Part shown: positions 47,142-56,745 of the stretch, piece by piece | Numbering within the stretch: the first letter of the stretch is position 1 | Layout of the letters: every line of letters begins with the position of its first letter | Assembly (NCBI GenBank): GCA_963804165.1 | Contig: CAWDPO010000008.1 | Coordinates: forward strand, 81,894 to 145,893 | Source: an uncultured delta proteobacterium | GTDB lineage: Bacteria; Desulfobacterota; Binatia; UBA9968 | Direction of reading: 5' to 3' | DNA length: 64,000 bases | Program-made: the position numbers and the translations under genes | Notes under the pieces: generated by a model | Seen by the model: only the letters and a program-made list of their open reading frames with translations | Told to the model about the DNA's origin: nothing | Database searches by the model: none

Positions 47142-48206
47142 ATGAAAAAACAGACTCTCGCAGGCGAATATTTTCTCATGCTCCTCGTCGCTCTAAACGT
47201 TGCCTCGGTTTCCCTGGGCCACGCGCAAAGCGAGTCCTTCTATAAAGGAAAGACCCTCAAAGTCGTGGTCGGAACCACTGCAGGTTCTCTTTATGATATC
47301 TGGGCGCGCACGGTTGCCGCCCATTTGCCGAGGCACATCCCAGGCAATCCGGATGCGCTCACTCAGAACATGCCTGGAGCCGGCCACAAGATTGCCACCA
47401 ATTACATGTACAATGTGGCCAAGCCCGACGGCCTGACGATCATCGGATCCATCTTACCTGGAGTGTACATGGACCAGCTCGCGGGGCGGCCGGAGGTCAA
47501 ATATGACTGGGCAAAGTTTGTCTGGATTGGCTCACCGGTCAAGAGTGAATCCCAGATGACCATGCGCGCGGACGCGCCCTACAAATCCATCGACGACATA
47601 CGCAAGGCCAAAGAGCCGCCGCGCTGCGGCAGCACCGGCACTTCCGGCACAGACTTTATGCTGGCGCGGCTTCTCGAAGAAATCATGCCGCCCCTCAAGA
47701 TCCACTCCGTGCTGGGATATCCGGGCGGGCCGGAGCTCGATCTCGGCATTGAGCGAGGCGAGATACAGTGCCGGACCTTTACGATCGAAACGTTTTTCGC
47801 GCGCGAGCCTTATATTGCATGGAAAAAGAAAGGCTTCGTTCGCAACGTCTATCAAACAGGTTTGAAACGCGATCCGCGCTTGGCCGATGTGCCGACGCTG
47901 TACGAGGTGATGGACGGTTATAAGATACCCGAGGGGGGTCGGCGCCTGGCAAGCGTGATCCTCGCCAACGGAACTCTAGGCAGGCCGATATTCACTTCCC
48001 CCGGGACGCCACCGGATCGGGTGAAGATGCTGCGCGAAGCCTTTGGAAAGATGGTCAAGGACCCGGCTTTTCTGGAAGACGTCAAGAAAAAAAACTTCGA
48101 GCTCGACCCGATCAGCGGCGAAGAGTTGGAAGTCATCGTCAAAGAGGTCATGGCACAACCGCCGGAGACCATCGCCCGCTTAAAAACAATTCTGTTACAA
48201 CAATAA
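47142..48206 (+). CDS. Tripartite tricarboxylate transporter substrate-binding protein (Bug/TctC-like)
   Basis: FYKGKT, HIPGNP...NMPGAG, KPDGLT, GYPGG...ERGE, PGTP.DRV. Confidence 0.88.
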   Translation: MKKQTLAGEYFLMLLVALNVASVSLGHAQSESFYKGKTLKVVVGTTAGSLYDIWARTVAAHLPRHIPGNPDALTQNMPGAGHKIATNYMYNVAKPDGLTIIGSILPGVYMDQLAGRPEVKYDWAKFVWIGSPVKSESQMTMRADAPYKSIDDIRKAKEPPRCGSTGTSGTDFMLARLLEEIMPPLKIHSVLGYPGGPELDLGIERGEIQCRTFTIETFFAREPYIAWKKKGFVRNVYQTGLKRDPRLADVPTLYEVMDGYKIPEGGRRLASVILANGTLGRPIFTSPGTPPDRVKMLREAFGKMVKDPAFLEDVKKKNFELDPISGEELEVIVKEVMAQPPETIARLKTILLQQ

Positions 48207-48303
48207 AATGGAAAATGGGATGCGCGGAAAAGAGAGAGCCCCGACGGCGTTCTGCTATAAATTCCCCTGGTCTCTTGCCGAGTAGGTGTCGGGTTTTGGA
48301 CTC

Positions 48304-48384
48304 TTGGACGGCTTGAACCGAGCGAAGCGATAGAAATCCCAGCTCATGGTGAGCTCTGGTCGAACCATTTGAGCGATTTGAACT
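48304..48384 (+). repeat. TTGAAC-periodic intergenic repeat
   Basis: Shares gctcatggtgagctctggtcgaaccatttga with 40669..40710. Confidence 0.75.
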
Positions 48385-48513
48385 CGCGATTTCTTCTATA
48401 TGCATCAAAATTCCCATCCTAATGATTAATATATTGGCATTTTATGGATCACGCCGAGTCCATGGTCAGCTTTCGCCCGCTTGTGGATTTATAGATCAAA
48501 TATTGATACAATG

Positions 48514-48542
48514 TGAGCTATATTCGCACAGTTTATAGCTCA
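48514..48542. promoter_or_regulatory. Inverted-repeat operator abutting the Fic start codon
   Basis: TGAGCTATA-N11-TATAGCTCA, a perfect 9-bp IR. Confidence 0.65.
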
Positions 48543-49666
48543 TGAATTCTGAAAAAACTTGGAATTGGCAGCAGGAAGATTGGCCTAAGTTCCGCTACGA
48601 CAAAGCCGCCGTTGAGGCGCTGGAGTCTAAGTTTCTACTTCAAGGCGGCCTTCTGCAGGGGGTACTTCTTCACCTCAGTGACGACGACAAGAGCTCATTG
48701 ACCGTCGACCTGATCAGCACCGAGGTGCTCAAGACTTCGGAGATCGAAGGCGAGCTTCTCAATCGCGAGAGCGTCCAATCATCCATCCGGCGCAATTTCG
48801 GTCTCGCTGCCGATGCGCGCAGAGTTCCGCCGGCCGAGCAGGGTATCGCCGACATGATGATCGATCTCTACAAAACCTTTGGTGAGCCGCTCACGCATGA
48901 AACCATGTTCCGATGGCACGGCATGCTTACGGCCGGCAGGCGCGATTTAAAAACCGTGGGCGCCTATAGAACGGACGCTGAGCCAATGCAGATTATTTCC
49001 GGTCCGATCGGCAATCCGACGATTCATTTCGAAGCACCCCCATCCACCGTCGTGGAAAAGGAAATGGCAGGGTTTGTCACGTGGTTCAACGATACCGCGC
49101 CGGGCGGCAGGACAGCATTGCAAGCGCTAACGCGCGCCGGCATCGCGCACCTGTATTTTGCCACCATCCACCCGTTTGAAGACGGCAACGGACGCATTGC
49201 CCGCGCCCTGGCCGAAAAGGTCCTGTCGCAGACCCTCGGTCAGCCAACCTTGATCGCGCTTTCACAGACGATCCAGAAGGAGAGAAATTCTTATTACGAC
49301 GCGCTACACCGCAGCAGCAAGGACAACGAAATCACCGCGTGGCTTGTGTATTGCGCCGAAACCATTTTGCGAGCGCAGGATACAACCCGGCGCATGAGCG
49401 AATTTCTGATCCAGAAAACCAAGCTCTACGATAGGGTCAAGAACCAACTCAATGAGCGGCAGGAGAAAGCCCTCAGCCGAATCTTCCGCGAAGGAATCGA
49501 AGGTTTCAAAGGAGGGCTCAGCGCTGAGAATTACATTTCGATCACCGGCGCCGCCCGCGCCACGGCCACGCGCGATCTTCAAGACCTCGTCGACAAAGGC
49601 GTCCTCACCCGCACCGGCGCGCTCAAGGGCACGCGCTACCATTTGAACATCGAAACAAGAAAATAG
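48542..49666 (+). CDS. Fic family protein (DUF4172 N-terminus, C-terminal HTH)
   Basis: WNWQ..DWP.F, HPFEDGNGRIAR, ATATRDL.DLV.KG. Confidence 0.93.
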   Translation: MNSEKTWNWQQEDWPKFRYDKAAVEALESKFLLQGGLLQGVLLHLSDDDKSSLTVDLISTEVLKTSEIEGELLNRESVQSSIRRNFGLAADARRVPPAEQGIADMMIDLYKTFGEPLTHETMFRWHGMLTAGRRDLKTVGAYRTDAEPMQIISGPIGNPTIHFEAPPSTVVEKEMAGFVTWFNDTAPGGRTALQALTRAGIAHLYFATIHPFEDGNGRIARALAEKVLSQTLGQPTLIALSQTIQKERNSYYDALHRSSKDNEITAWLVYCAETILRAQDTTRRMSEFLIQKTKLYDRVKNQLNERQEKALSRIFREGIEGFKGGLSAENYISITGAARATATRDLQDLVDKGVLTRTGALKGTRYHLNIETRK

Positions 49667-49709
49667 ATCTGCGACGCGGCAGTAACCGATTGACCGGGAG
49701 CAACCGCTC

Positions 49710-49729
49710 CTGTACATTTAAATGTACAG
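49710..49729. promoter_or_regulatory. Perfect 20-bp palindromic TA operator
   Basis: CTGTACATTTAAATGTACAG, TGTACA-core boxes of the kind bound by Phd/YefM, just upstream of the RBS. Confidence 0.8.
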
Positions 49730-49743
49730 TACGAGGAGTCGCC

Positions 49744-50043
49744 ATGAAGCAATTATCACTCACCGAAGCGCGTGCCAAGCTGAGTACGTTGGTGGCGGAA
49801 GTCGACAAGGGAAAGGGGCCCATCGCGATTGCGCAACGGTCGAAGGTCAAGGCGCTGCTCGTCGATCCCGAGTGGCATGGCAGGGTTGAAGAAGAACTCG
49901 CCCACTACCGAAGCCGCTCAAGGCAATCGCCGTTGAAACTGCAGGGCAGCATGACTTTGACGGGAGATCTGGACCAAGCGCTCCAAGATCTTAGGAAAGA
50001 AAGGGAGCAGTCCCTCCAAGGAGTCATTGCCGCACTCAAGTGA
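49744..50043 (+). CDS. Phd/YefM antitoxin
   Basis: LSLTEARAKLSTLV..V...PIAI; AGGAG RBS. Confidence 0.85.
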   Translation: MKQLSLTEARAKLSTLVAEVDKGKGPIAIAQRSKVKALLVDPEWHGRVEEELAHYRSRSRQSPLKLQGSMTLTGDLDQALQDLRKEREQSLQGVIAALK

Positions 50044-50441
50044 TTTACGTGACCGATACGCACCCGCTGGTTTTCTGGTCATCAAACCGTAAACGACGGC
50101 TGGGAAACCAGGCATGCCGAATCTTGCAAGAGACGGATCAGGGCAAACACTCCATCATCGTGCCGATTGTCGTTCTGGAAGAAATCAACCGACTCGTGGA
50201 AAGAAAAATTGTTCGCTTGGACGTGCCGTTTCGTCGCTGGGCCGAAGAGCTCGAACGTTCCCCGAACTTTCAAGTCCAGGCCTATACGTTGGAAGTTTTA
50301 CTCGAATCGGTGTCGCTGATGGCAATCCGCGACCCGGCGGACAGAGCTATCGTCGCGACGGCGCGACAGCTCCGCTGTCCGCTCATCACCGCCGATGAAC
50401 TCATTCGAGATGGCGATTGGGTCGATACGGTTTGGGAGTAA
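50040..50441 (+). CDS. VapC/PIN-domain toxin
   Basis: YVTDTH, E, DPADRAIVATA, LITAD. Confidence 0.9.
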   Translation: MIYVTDTHPLVFWSSNRKRRLGNQACRILQETDQGKHSIIVPIVVLEEINRLVERKIVRLDVPFRRWAEELERSPNFQVQAYTLEVLLESVSLMAIRDPADRAIVATARQLRCPLITADELIRDGDWVDTVWE

Positions 50442-50689
50442 TCGCCGCATTTTTGTCCAGCCACGACCCCAACGCCACCCCGAGGTTTGTCCGTCTCGTC
50501 AACAACGCCCTACGCTCCATAGCCCTCATGGACGACTTGAACTCACGAGACGCTTCACGTCAAAGAAGTTCCCCTTGAGCGCGCCCACTGTTTCAGCTCT
50601 GTCAAGAAAGTGGCCAACGAGCTTACCCGCTCTCGGACCTGACCAAGAGAGTTTGTAAAAGTCTGCCCTTGTGGGCATCCTCACTCCGT

Positions 50690-51313
50690 ATGTTCAAGCG
50701 ACCCTACGTTCTCGCGATCGTGTCCTTACTTATGATCCCCGCGGTCACTGTGTTGGCCGGGATGTTGATTAATTCCATCAATCCCGAAATCGCCGTGCGC
50801 ACTGCCAATTACGAACGAAACTTTTGGCTGTTGACCCAGGAGGGGTTGGTGACTATGGGCTTGTGGCTTCTGACCTGTTTTTTTCTGATCAAGTCCAAGA
50901 AACGATCGTATGGATGGTTGCCCTTGGCCATGCTTGGCCCGTTTGGATTGATTGTCCTGACCGTGCTGAGCGACAACGCGCCGGCGCCTGCGGATTTGTA
51001 CCAACAATTTGTCGGTAAACTAAAAACTTATCTGCGTGTCCCGTATGAACTATGTTTTTTCCTGGTCGTGTGGGTTGGCGCTTTTCTAAGCATGGTATTG
51101 AAGCGCGACCTCATGATCATGACCGAAGCCGCCACCACTGGAATTTCCACAGCGCAAATCATCGATCGGCAAAACGCCTCCAGCGGTATGTATGCGTTCA
51201 GCGAGGGTTTGGAAGTCTTGTTTCTGGTGGTTCTCTTCTATTTGCTGTGGCCGATTTGTTTTAACGTAGTCGGACGCCTGCCCAGACTATGGACGTTCTC
51301 CAAAAAGGCTTAG
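50690..51313 (+). CDS. Hypothetical multi-pass membrane protein
   Basis: About five hydrophobic segments; KKRSYGWL.L..LGPFG motif; no confident family. Confidence 0.7.
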   Translation: MFKRPYVLAIVSLLMIPAVTVLAGMLINSINPEIAVRTANYERNFWLLTQEGLVTMGLWLLTCFFLIKSKKRSYGWLPLAMLGPFGLIVLTVLSDNAPAPADLYQQFVGKLKTYLRVPYELCFFLVVWVGAFLSMVLKRDLMIMTEAATTGISTAQIIDRQNASSGMYAFSEGLEVLFLVVLFYLLWPICFNVVGRLPRLWTFSKKA

Positions 51314-51548
51314 AGAAGTGGTTGCAAATCCTCTCGGCCTGCGCCGACGTACGAGTTGTCACCCGTCGTCGGATCGTGGCGAGCACTCGCTCTACCACGA
51401 CGCCGTTTTGGCGCATCCGCGGGGCGTGTAATTGCAAGACCTGACGCTAAAAACTCTGCTCTCCCATAAAATCGGCTAGATGCAAATCACGGAGAAGAAC
51501 AATTAGTCTGTCACTTTTGTTTCGTCCAACAAAAGAAGGAGGAAAAGC

Positions 51549-51686
51549 ATGTCAGTAGGAATGATATTGCTTGCAGTCTGGCTAATTTTGCAGGGGCTAC
51601 CACTGATCGTGCGCTTTGTTATCCCGAACAAGGTCATGGGAATACTCGCACTGCTGGCGGGAATCCTGATCTTGATCGGCCGATAG
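51549..51686 (+). CDS. 45-aa two-TM microprotein (not in ORF track)
   Basis: AGGAGG RBS; MSVGMILLAVWLILQGLPLIVRFVIPNKVMGILALLAGILILIGR*. Confidence 0.75.
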   Translation: MSVGMILLAVWLILQGLPLIVRFVIPNKVMGILALLAGILILIGR

Positions 51687-51919
51687 GATCTCTCTTAGCA
51701 ATGAATTATGTTTCAGAGCGGGCATAAAGAGCCCGGCTGAGAGTTCAGATCTATCAAAGCCAACTTTTCTACCTTGGCTGTTTTCCGACTTTCGAATCGT
51801 GGTTGGCTCCAAGGCATAGCGAGTGACCTGCCGAGCATTCCGTGATCGCAACGACGAGAGCAGGGCAAAAATAAGAATCAATAGACTCGACCCTCAAGCT
51901 TCCGCACTCAAGCTTCCGC

Positions 51920-52009
51920 ATGCTCGGCGTGCAGCGAGAAGAAAATGGACTGCGACGGTATCAGGAAAAAATAGATATTCCGACGTTGCTCAAGATGCGC
52001 GCGGCGTGA
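51920..52009 (+). pseudogene. Orphan 3' end of an RNase H gene
   Basis: MLGVQREENGLRRYQEKIDIPTLLKMRAA* versus MLAVQRKEKKLCLYLETMDIPTLLKMRAG* at the end of 39793..40551. Confidence 0.85.
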
Positions 52010-52027
52010 TCATCGGTTAAACGATCC

Positions 52028-52468
52028 TCAACGGATCGGCTCAAACTCGTAAATGCCTCCATCCGCCATGAGTGCCAGAAAGAGATGACCATCCTTCAAT
52101 GTATACGACCGCACAAACTCCCAGTCCTTGACCATGCGATCATGGAGGGAGCCGGGTGGGCACATCGCGCGAGTCAGCGCGAGCGAGCCAAACTGGAGTT
52201 GGTTCGGTCCCGAAGATTTCCACGATCCGCGCCCACGGTTGCAGTCGATCCGCGCGCTTATATTCCCATCAGCCCCGAAGGCGATCGTGTACTTCGCCGG
52301 GTCGTCGGGGGTCAGTATCTTGTCGTCACTGCTTTGGAACTTGATTAGCTGCCAGGACGTGCCGCCGAGACCACCTACTCCATCCTGCGGAGCCACCGTG
52401 CGCACACTGCAGGCGATTGGCAGCAGAAGCGTCGCCAATAACAGATAACGTATCCGGCCGATCTTCAC
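52028..52468 (-). CDS. META/HslJ domain lipoprotein
   Basis: Lipobox-like PIAC; L.GTSWQL, DCNR..GS, LALTRAMC. Confidence 0.85.
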   Translation of the reverse strand: MKIGRIRYLLLATLLLPIACSVRTVAPQDGVGGLGGTSWQLIKFQSSDDKILTPDDPAKYTIAFGADGNISARIDCNRGRGSWKSSGPNQLQFGSLALTRAMCPPGSLHDRMVKDWEFVRSYTLKDGHLFLALMADGGIYEFEPIR

Positions 52469-52842
52469 CCGCTGAGCAAAACATACTTGCGCCGGGGAAG
52501 CGAGACTATCGAGTTACGGCTGTCTGAAAGCCCGTGGAAATAAATTTAGAGCAAAGGATTTGTATAAGAACTGGATAAATCCGAGAGTTGTCGAATCACG
52601 GTCTGACGGCTAAGGCCCGCTAGTGCCCCGACTCATGCATGATCCTCAAACTTCCTCTCTCTTCTTCCTGAACCAATATTGTCAAGAATAGAAAACCCGA
52701 CCCCACAGGCTTCCCTGTGCAAAAAACTCTATTCGTGAACGGCGCGATCAGATTTGGTTGACTGTTGGCGACGCACTCGGATAGTTTCCATGGTGTACCG
52801 TCTGAGCGGTGGGAAACATAAGCAAACTGGAGGGCAAATAAA

Positions 52843-53133
52843 ATGATATCACAGATTCGTATTTACACGATCAATAAGGGTGAGATGGATAATTTTCTGA
52901 AGCACTTCAAAGAGGACATCATGGTGCTGCACCAAAAGATTGGCGTACCCATCGTCGGCACCTGGGTGAATCGGCCACAGAACGAATTTATTTGGGTCAG
53001 GACCTACAAAGATAAGGCGGAGCTCGAAGCGAAGACCAAAGAGTTCCAAGCCGCGGTCGCGGCCGCCGGAGTCAAACTTGGAGCCAACGTTGCGAAGATG
53101 GAAGTGCGCGAGGCCGAATCGGCGTTTGCGTAG
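52843..53133 (+). CDS. NIPSNAP family protein
   Basis: QIRIYTI..G.MD.F...F, GVPIVG.W, FIWVR.Y; GGAGG RBS. Confidence 0.8.
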   Translation: MISQIRIYTINKGEMDNFLKHFKEDIMVLHQKIGVPIVGTWVNRPQNEFIWVRTYKDKAELEAKTKEFQAAVAAAGVKLGANVAKMEVREAESAFA

Positions 53134-53219
53134 AAGCGGGTTCGAGGGCGGTCACCAGTGGCGGGAGGGGTTGTTCCAAGCGGGCACCGGTTGGCTTAGC
53201 GGATCATACTGGAGGCGAA

Positions 53220-54260
53220 ATGAAAAAGATGAAGGTGCTCGCCGCGGTCTCGTTCCTCAGCCTGTTTATCGGCGCGCCGCACGGTCTGGCGCAAACAAAC
53301 TTCTATCAAGGCAAAACCATCACCATCATCGTCGGCACGGTTCCCGGCGGGCTCTACGACCTCTGGGGACGTTTGCTCGGCCGGGTCATGGGAAAATACA
53401 TCCCGGGCAACCCCACCATGATGGTGCAGAATATGCCGGGCGGCGGTTCCATGATCGCGGCCAACTATTTATACGGTGTGGCCAAACCCGACGGCCTCAC
53501 CATCGGCATGTTTCAAACCCATATGTACCTCCAGCAGCTCGTGCGTCGCCCCGAGGTCAAATTCGACGTGCTCAAGTTCAACTGGCTCGGCTCGCAGGAG
53601 AAAGGCACGATGATGCTTTACATCCGCGGCGACTCACCGTACCCATCCATGGACCAAATCATCAAAGCCAAGGAGCCGCCGAAATGCGGCGCCACGGGGT
53701 TGTCGGATCAAACCACGCTATTCACCCGTCTGTTGGAAGAAACCGTCGGCGCGCGTTTCACGCGCGTGCTCGGCTACAAAGGCGGCAGCGAAGTCGATCT
53801 CGCGATGGAAAGAGGTGAGATCATTTGCCGCGCGACGCGCGTGACGGTTCACTTTAGCCGGGAGCCGTTTCTCAGCTGGGACAAAAAGGGGTTCGACCGG
53901 CATCTGGTTCAAGCCGGCGAAAAGCGCGATCCGCGCTTGCCGGACACGCCGACGATTTTTGAACTGATGGATAAATATAAAACCTCCGAAGTTGGCCGTC
54001 GCTTCGCTCGCGTGCTTCTGGCCGGCGACGAGTTAGGCCGGCCCATGGTCGCGCCGCCGGGAGTCCCCTCGGACCGGGTGAAGATCCTGCGCGATGCCTA
54101 TAACAAAAGCCTGAAGGATCCTGAGCTGCTGGACGAAGTCAAAAGGTCGAGACTCGACATGGAACCTGTCACCGGCCAGGAAATCGAAACGATCTACAAA
54201 GAATTGATGCACCAGCCCCCGGCCGTCGTGGATTTGGTCAAAAAGCTCGACGAGAATTAA
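53220..54260 (+). CDS. Tripartite tricarboxylate transporter substrate-binding protein
   Basis: FYQGKT, YIPGNP...NMPGGG, KPDGLT, GYKGG.E..LAMERGE. Confidence 0.9.
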   Translation: MKKMKVLAAVSFLSLFIGAPHGLAQTNFYQGKTITIIVGTVPGGLYDLWGRLLGRVMGKYIPGNPTMMVQNMPGGGSMIAANYLYGVAKPDGLTIGMFQTHMYLQQLVRRPEVKFDVLKFNWLGSQEKGTMMLYIRGDSPYPSMDQIIKAKEPPKCGATGLSDQTTLFTRLLEETVGARFTRVLGYKGGSEVDLAMERGEIICRATRVTVHFSREPFLSWDKKGFDRHLVQAGEKRDPRLPDTPTIFELMDKYKTSEVGRRFARVLLAGDELGRPMVAPPGVPSDRVKILRDAYNKSLKDPELLDEVKRSRLDMEPVTGQEIETIYKELMHQPPAVVDLVKKLDEN

Positions 54261-54463
54261 CAGCCGACCGAATTTATGTGAGCCTCTTATGAGCTGCGCG
54301 CAGCAAGAAAGTCGGGACGTAAAAGTCTGACCCTCGCCGATGACCCAGCAGCTTGGGATTTCCGCGGCTGGCGGGCAAGACCGCGGACGATATGCGCGTG
54401 GATATCACCATCGCGAGGGCCGGAGAACGCGTGGTAATCGGTTTCAGGCTTGCCTAAATAACA

Positions 54464-55351
54464 TTATTTCGTCGTATATCTTTGCGCTTCACTGTCCGCC
54501 ATTGACTCCAATTCGCTAAGAACCTGCTCGATCAGTTGCGGTTCCATGCTGCTCATTTGTTCGGCGCTAATCGCCTGCGCCATCCCGGCGACCGTGGGTC
54601 GATCGAACAAAGCGTGTATGGGTAAATCGGCGTGAAATACCGCCCCGACGCGAGAAAGAATTCTTGCGGCTCCGAGCGAATGGCCGCCTAGATCAAAAAA
54701 ACTATCCTCAACTCCGACCCGATCGAATGCCAACACTTCGGCCCAGATGGCGGCGAGCTCGCGCTCGATCGGCGTTCGCGGCGCAGTGTACGGATTATCG
54801 AGCTCAGGGCGGATACTGCCGGGTTCCGGCAGTCGCAGACGATCGATTTTCCCGTTGGGCGTCAGCGGCAGCGCGTTGAGAATCACGAACGTAGAGGGGA
54901 TCATCGGGCTGGGCAGGCGAGCGGCGAGGGCCTGTCTCAGGGCGCCGCTCGTAGGCAACGTCTGCCCATCCGGCACGACATACGCAACGAGATACGCATC
55001 TCCGGCCTCGTCCTGCCGGTTGACTACGACGGCGTCCTTGACGCCGCCAGCCTCGCGCAACATCGCCTCGATCTCACCTACACCGACGTTGTAGCCTCTG
55101 ACTTTGACTTGGAAGTCTTTCCGGCCGTGATATTCCAGACAGCCGTCAGGTCGCATTAGGCCCAGATCTCCGGTGAGATAAATTCGAACTTCGGGATCGT
55201 CCGGGTCAGACAGAAACTTGGCCTCCGTAAGATCCGGCCTCCGCCAGTATCCCGGCGAAAGAAAACGACTCCTGACGGCGATCTCGCCAACTCTGTCTCT
55301 TCCGACCAATGCCCTTTGCTCGTCGAGCACTAGCACTTCCCGGTCGCGCAC
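54464..55351 (-). pseudogene. 5'-truncated NRPS module (adenylation C-terminal half plus PCP)
   Basis: YLTGDL, GRKDFQVKVRG, LPLTPNGKIDR, FFDLGGHSL; N-terminal A-domain motifs missing; the break abuts the repeat at 55363. Confidence 0.88.
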
Positions 55352-55362
55352 GCGCAGCCGTG

Positions 55363-55414
55363 TCAGACTTGCCTAACTCTACTAACTCGGGGCAAGTCAA
55401 AAGACTCCCGACCC
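55363..55414. repeat. Solo copy of the transposase terminal repeat forming a hairpin
   Basis: TCAGACTTGCCTAACTCTACTAACT (24/25 identical to 56746..56770) followed by cggGGCAAGTCaaaagactcccgaccc; GACTTGCC/GGCAAGTC stem. Confidence 0.85.
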
Positions 55415-55470
55415 GTTTTTCGCTCCGCGATTCACCAGGGCGGGCACTGCCCGATGCTGTGGCCTCCGCT

Positions 55471-56526
55471 CTACGGCTGCGGCAACGGATCCGCGCCGGA
55501 GAGCTTGTTGAACAAGTCCACCGTTTCTCGGTCGCGGGGCAGCTCGCGAATCGCTTTCTCGAGCTCCTCCGCCGGCAGCGGGTCGGGCTCCTCGCCGACC
55601 ATCTTTCTGAATTCCGCTTTGAACTCAGGATCGGCAAAAGTCTTGCGCATCGCGTCGCGCAGAATCTTGACCTTATCTGGTGCCGTTCCCGGAGGAAGAA
55701 GGAAAGGAGTTCCCGCGCTGACAAAGGCCCTTTGCATGGCAAGAAGCTTTCGCTCCTTTTCCGATTTCGTCAATCGTTCGATATCGGGCAGCTGAGCAAA
55801 GACGGGATGAGGGTGTCTTCGCCCTCTCGGAACCTCGTTGACGAGATGAAAGTCCACCAGCTTCTTCTCGATCCAGTCGGGCGCTTGTCGCACTAGCGTT
55901 GCCTGGATGGTCCATCGGGCGTCGAGCTCGCCTTGCATCATGGCCAGATTGACTTCGTCGCCTTGGGCAAATCCGGTAATGAACTTCGGCTCCTTCATGC
56001 CGAGCACATACGCGGAAATGCGGCCCATGTTGTAGAGGTTATGTCCGACCGACTGAGCGCCGATGCGCACGCCTGAGGAGCCGCGGAGCTTTTCGATGCT
56101 GTCGAGGCGCGCCTCCTTACGAGTCACAAAGATGTAGGGCTCGCCGCTGGTCGGAGATCCGAGGTAGTGGAGTTTGTCGATGTCGTAGAGAACTCCGCTC
56201 AAGCCGAGCACGGCCGCCGGCACGAAGCTCGACAGCATGACCCCCATGGTCAGCCCGTCCGGACGCGCCCTGTAGATATAGTTTCCGGCCTTGCGGGATC
56301 CGCCGCCCGGCATGTACTCGATGACGAAGGTCGGTCTTCCCGGTATATACTTGCGGAGAACGGCAGCGGTGGCTCTGAACCGCAGATCCACCGTGCCTCC
56401 CGGACCGCCTCCATAGACGACGTTGATGGTCTTGCCCTGATAGAACGGAGCTTGAGCGAATCCGTATCCGGGCATCACGAAGCCAGCCAGCAGCGCCAAG
56501 AAAATCAGAACAGCCAATTTTTTCAC
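55471..56526 (-). CDS. Tripartite tricarboxylate transporter substrate-binding protein
   Basis: GTG start with GGAGG RBS; FYQGKT, YIPG.P, MPGGG, PDGLT, PGT.PDKV. Confidence 0.85.
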   Translation of the reverse strand: MKKLAVLIFLALLAGFVMPGYGFAQAPFYQGKTINVVYGGGPGGTVDLRFRATAAVLRKYIPGRPTFVIEYMPGGGSRKAGNYIYRARPDGLTMGVMLSSFVPAAVLGLSGVLYDIDKLHYLGSPTSGEPYIFVTRKEARLDSIEKLRGSSGVRIGAQSVGHNLYNMGRISAYVLGMKEPKFITGFAQGDEVNLAMMQGELDARWTIQATLVRQAPDWIEKKLVDFHLVNEVPRGRRHPHPVFAQLPDIERLTKSEKERKLLAMQRAFVSAGTPFLLPPGTAPDKVKILRDAMRKTFADPEFKAEFRKMVGEEPDPLPAEELEKAIRELPRDRETVDLFNKLSGADPLPQP

Positions 56527-56745
56527 GGCAACCTCCTTCGCGGTTTCACGGAAGGACCGAGTGGATTCCCGAGCCATCGGCAACGGCTCCAACCGATGAA
56601 TGTCTGACGCTATTGTTAATGGACAGTTGTGAAGGTCTAATCATCGCACCCCCAATGTCAATATCGGGAATCTGGTCGGTCATTTCGATACACGCAGTGA
56701 CAGCTGGTAGGAAAGCTCGCCTACGCTCCAGTGTGCGCAATTGCG

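Noticed and set aside
40572-48384. TTGAAC-periodic repeats as CRISPR arrays
   Set aside because: Units are 7-9 bp without unique 30-40 bp spacers, and there are no cas genes
54464-55351. Functional NRPS biosynthetic cluster
   Set aside because: Only half an A domain plus PCP; no C or TE domain and no tailoring genes nearby
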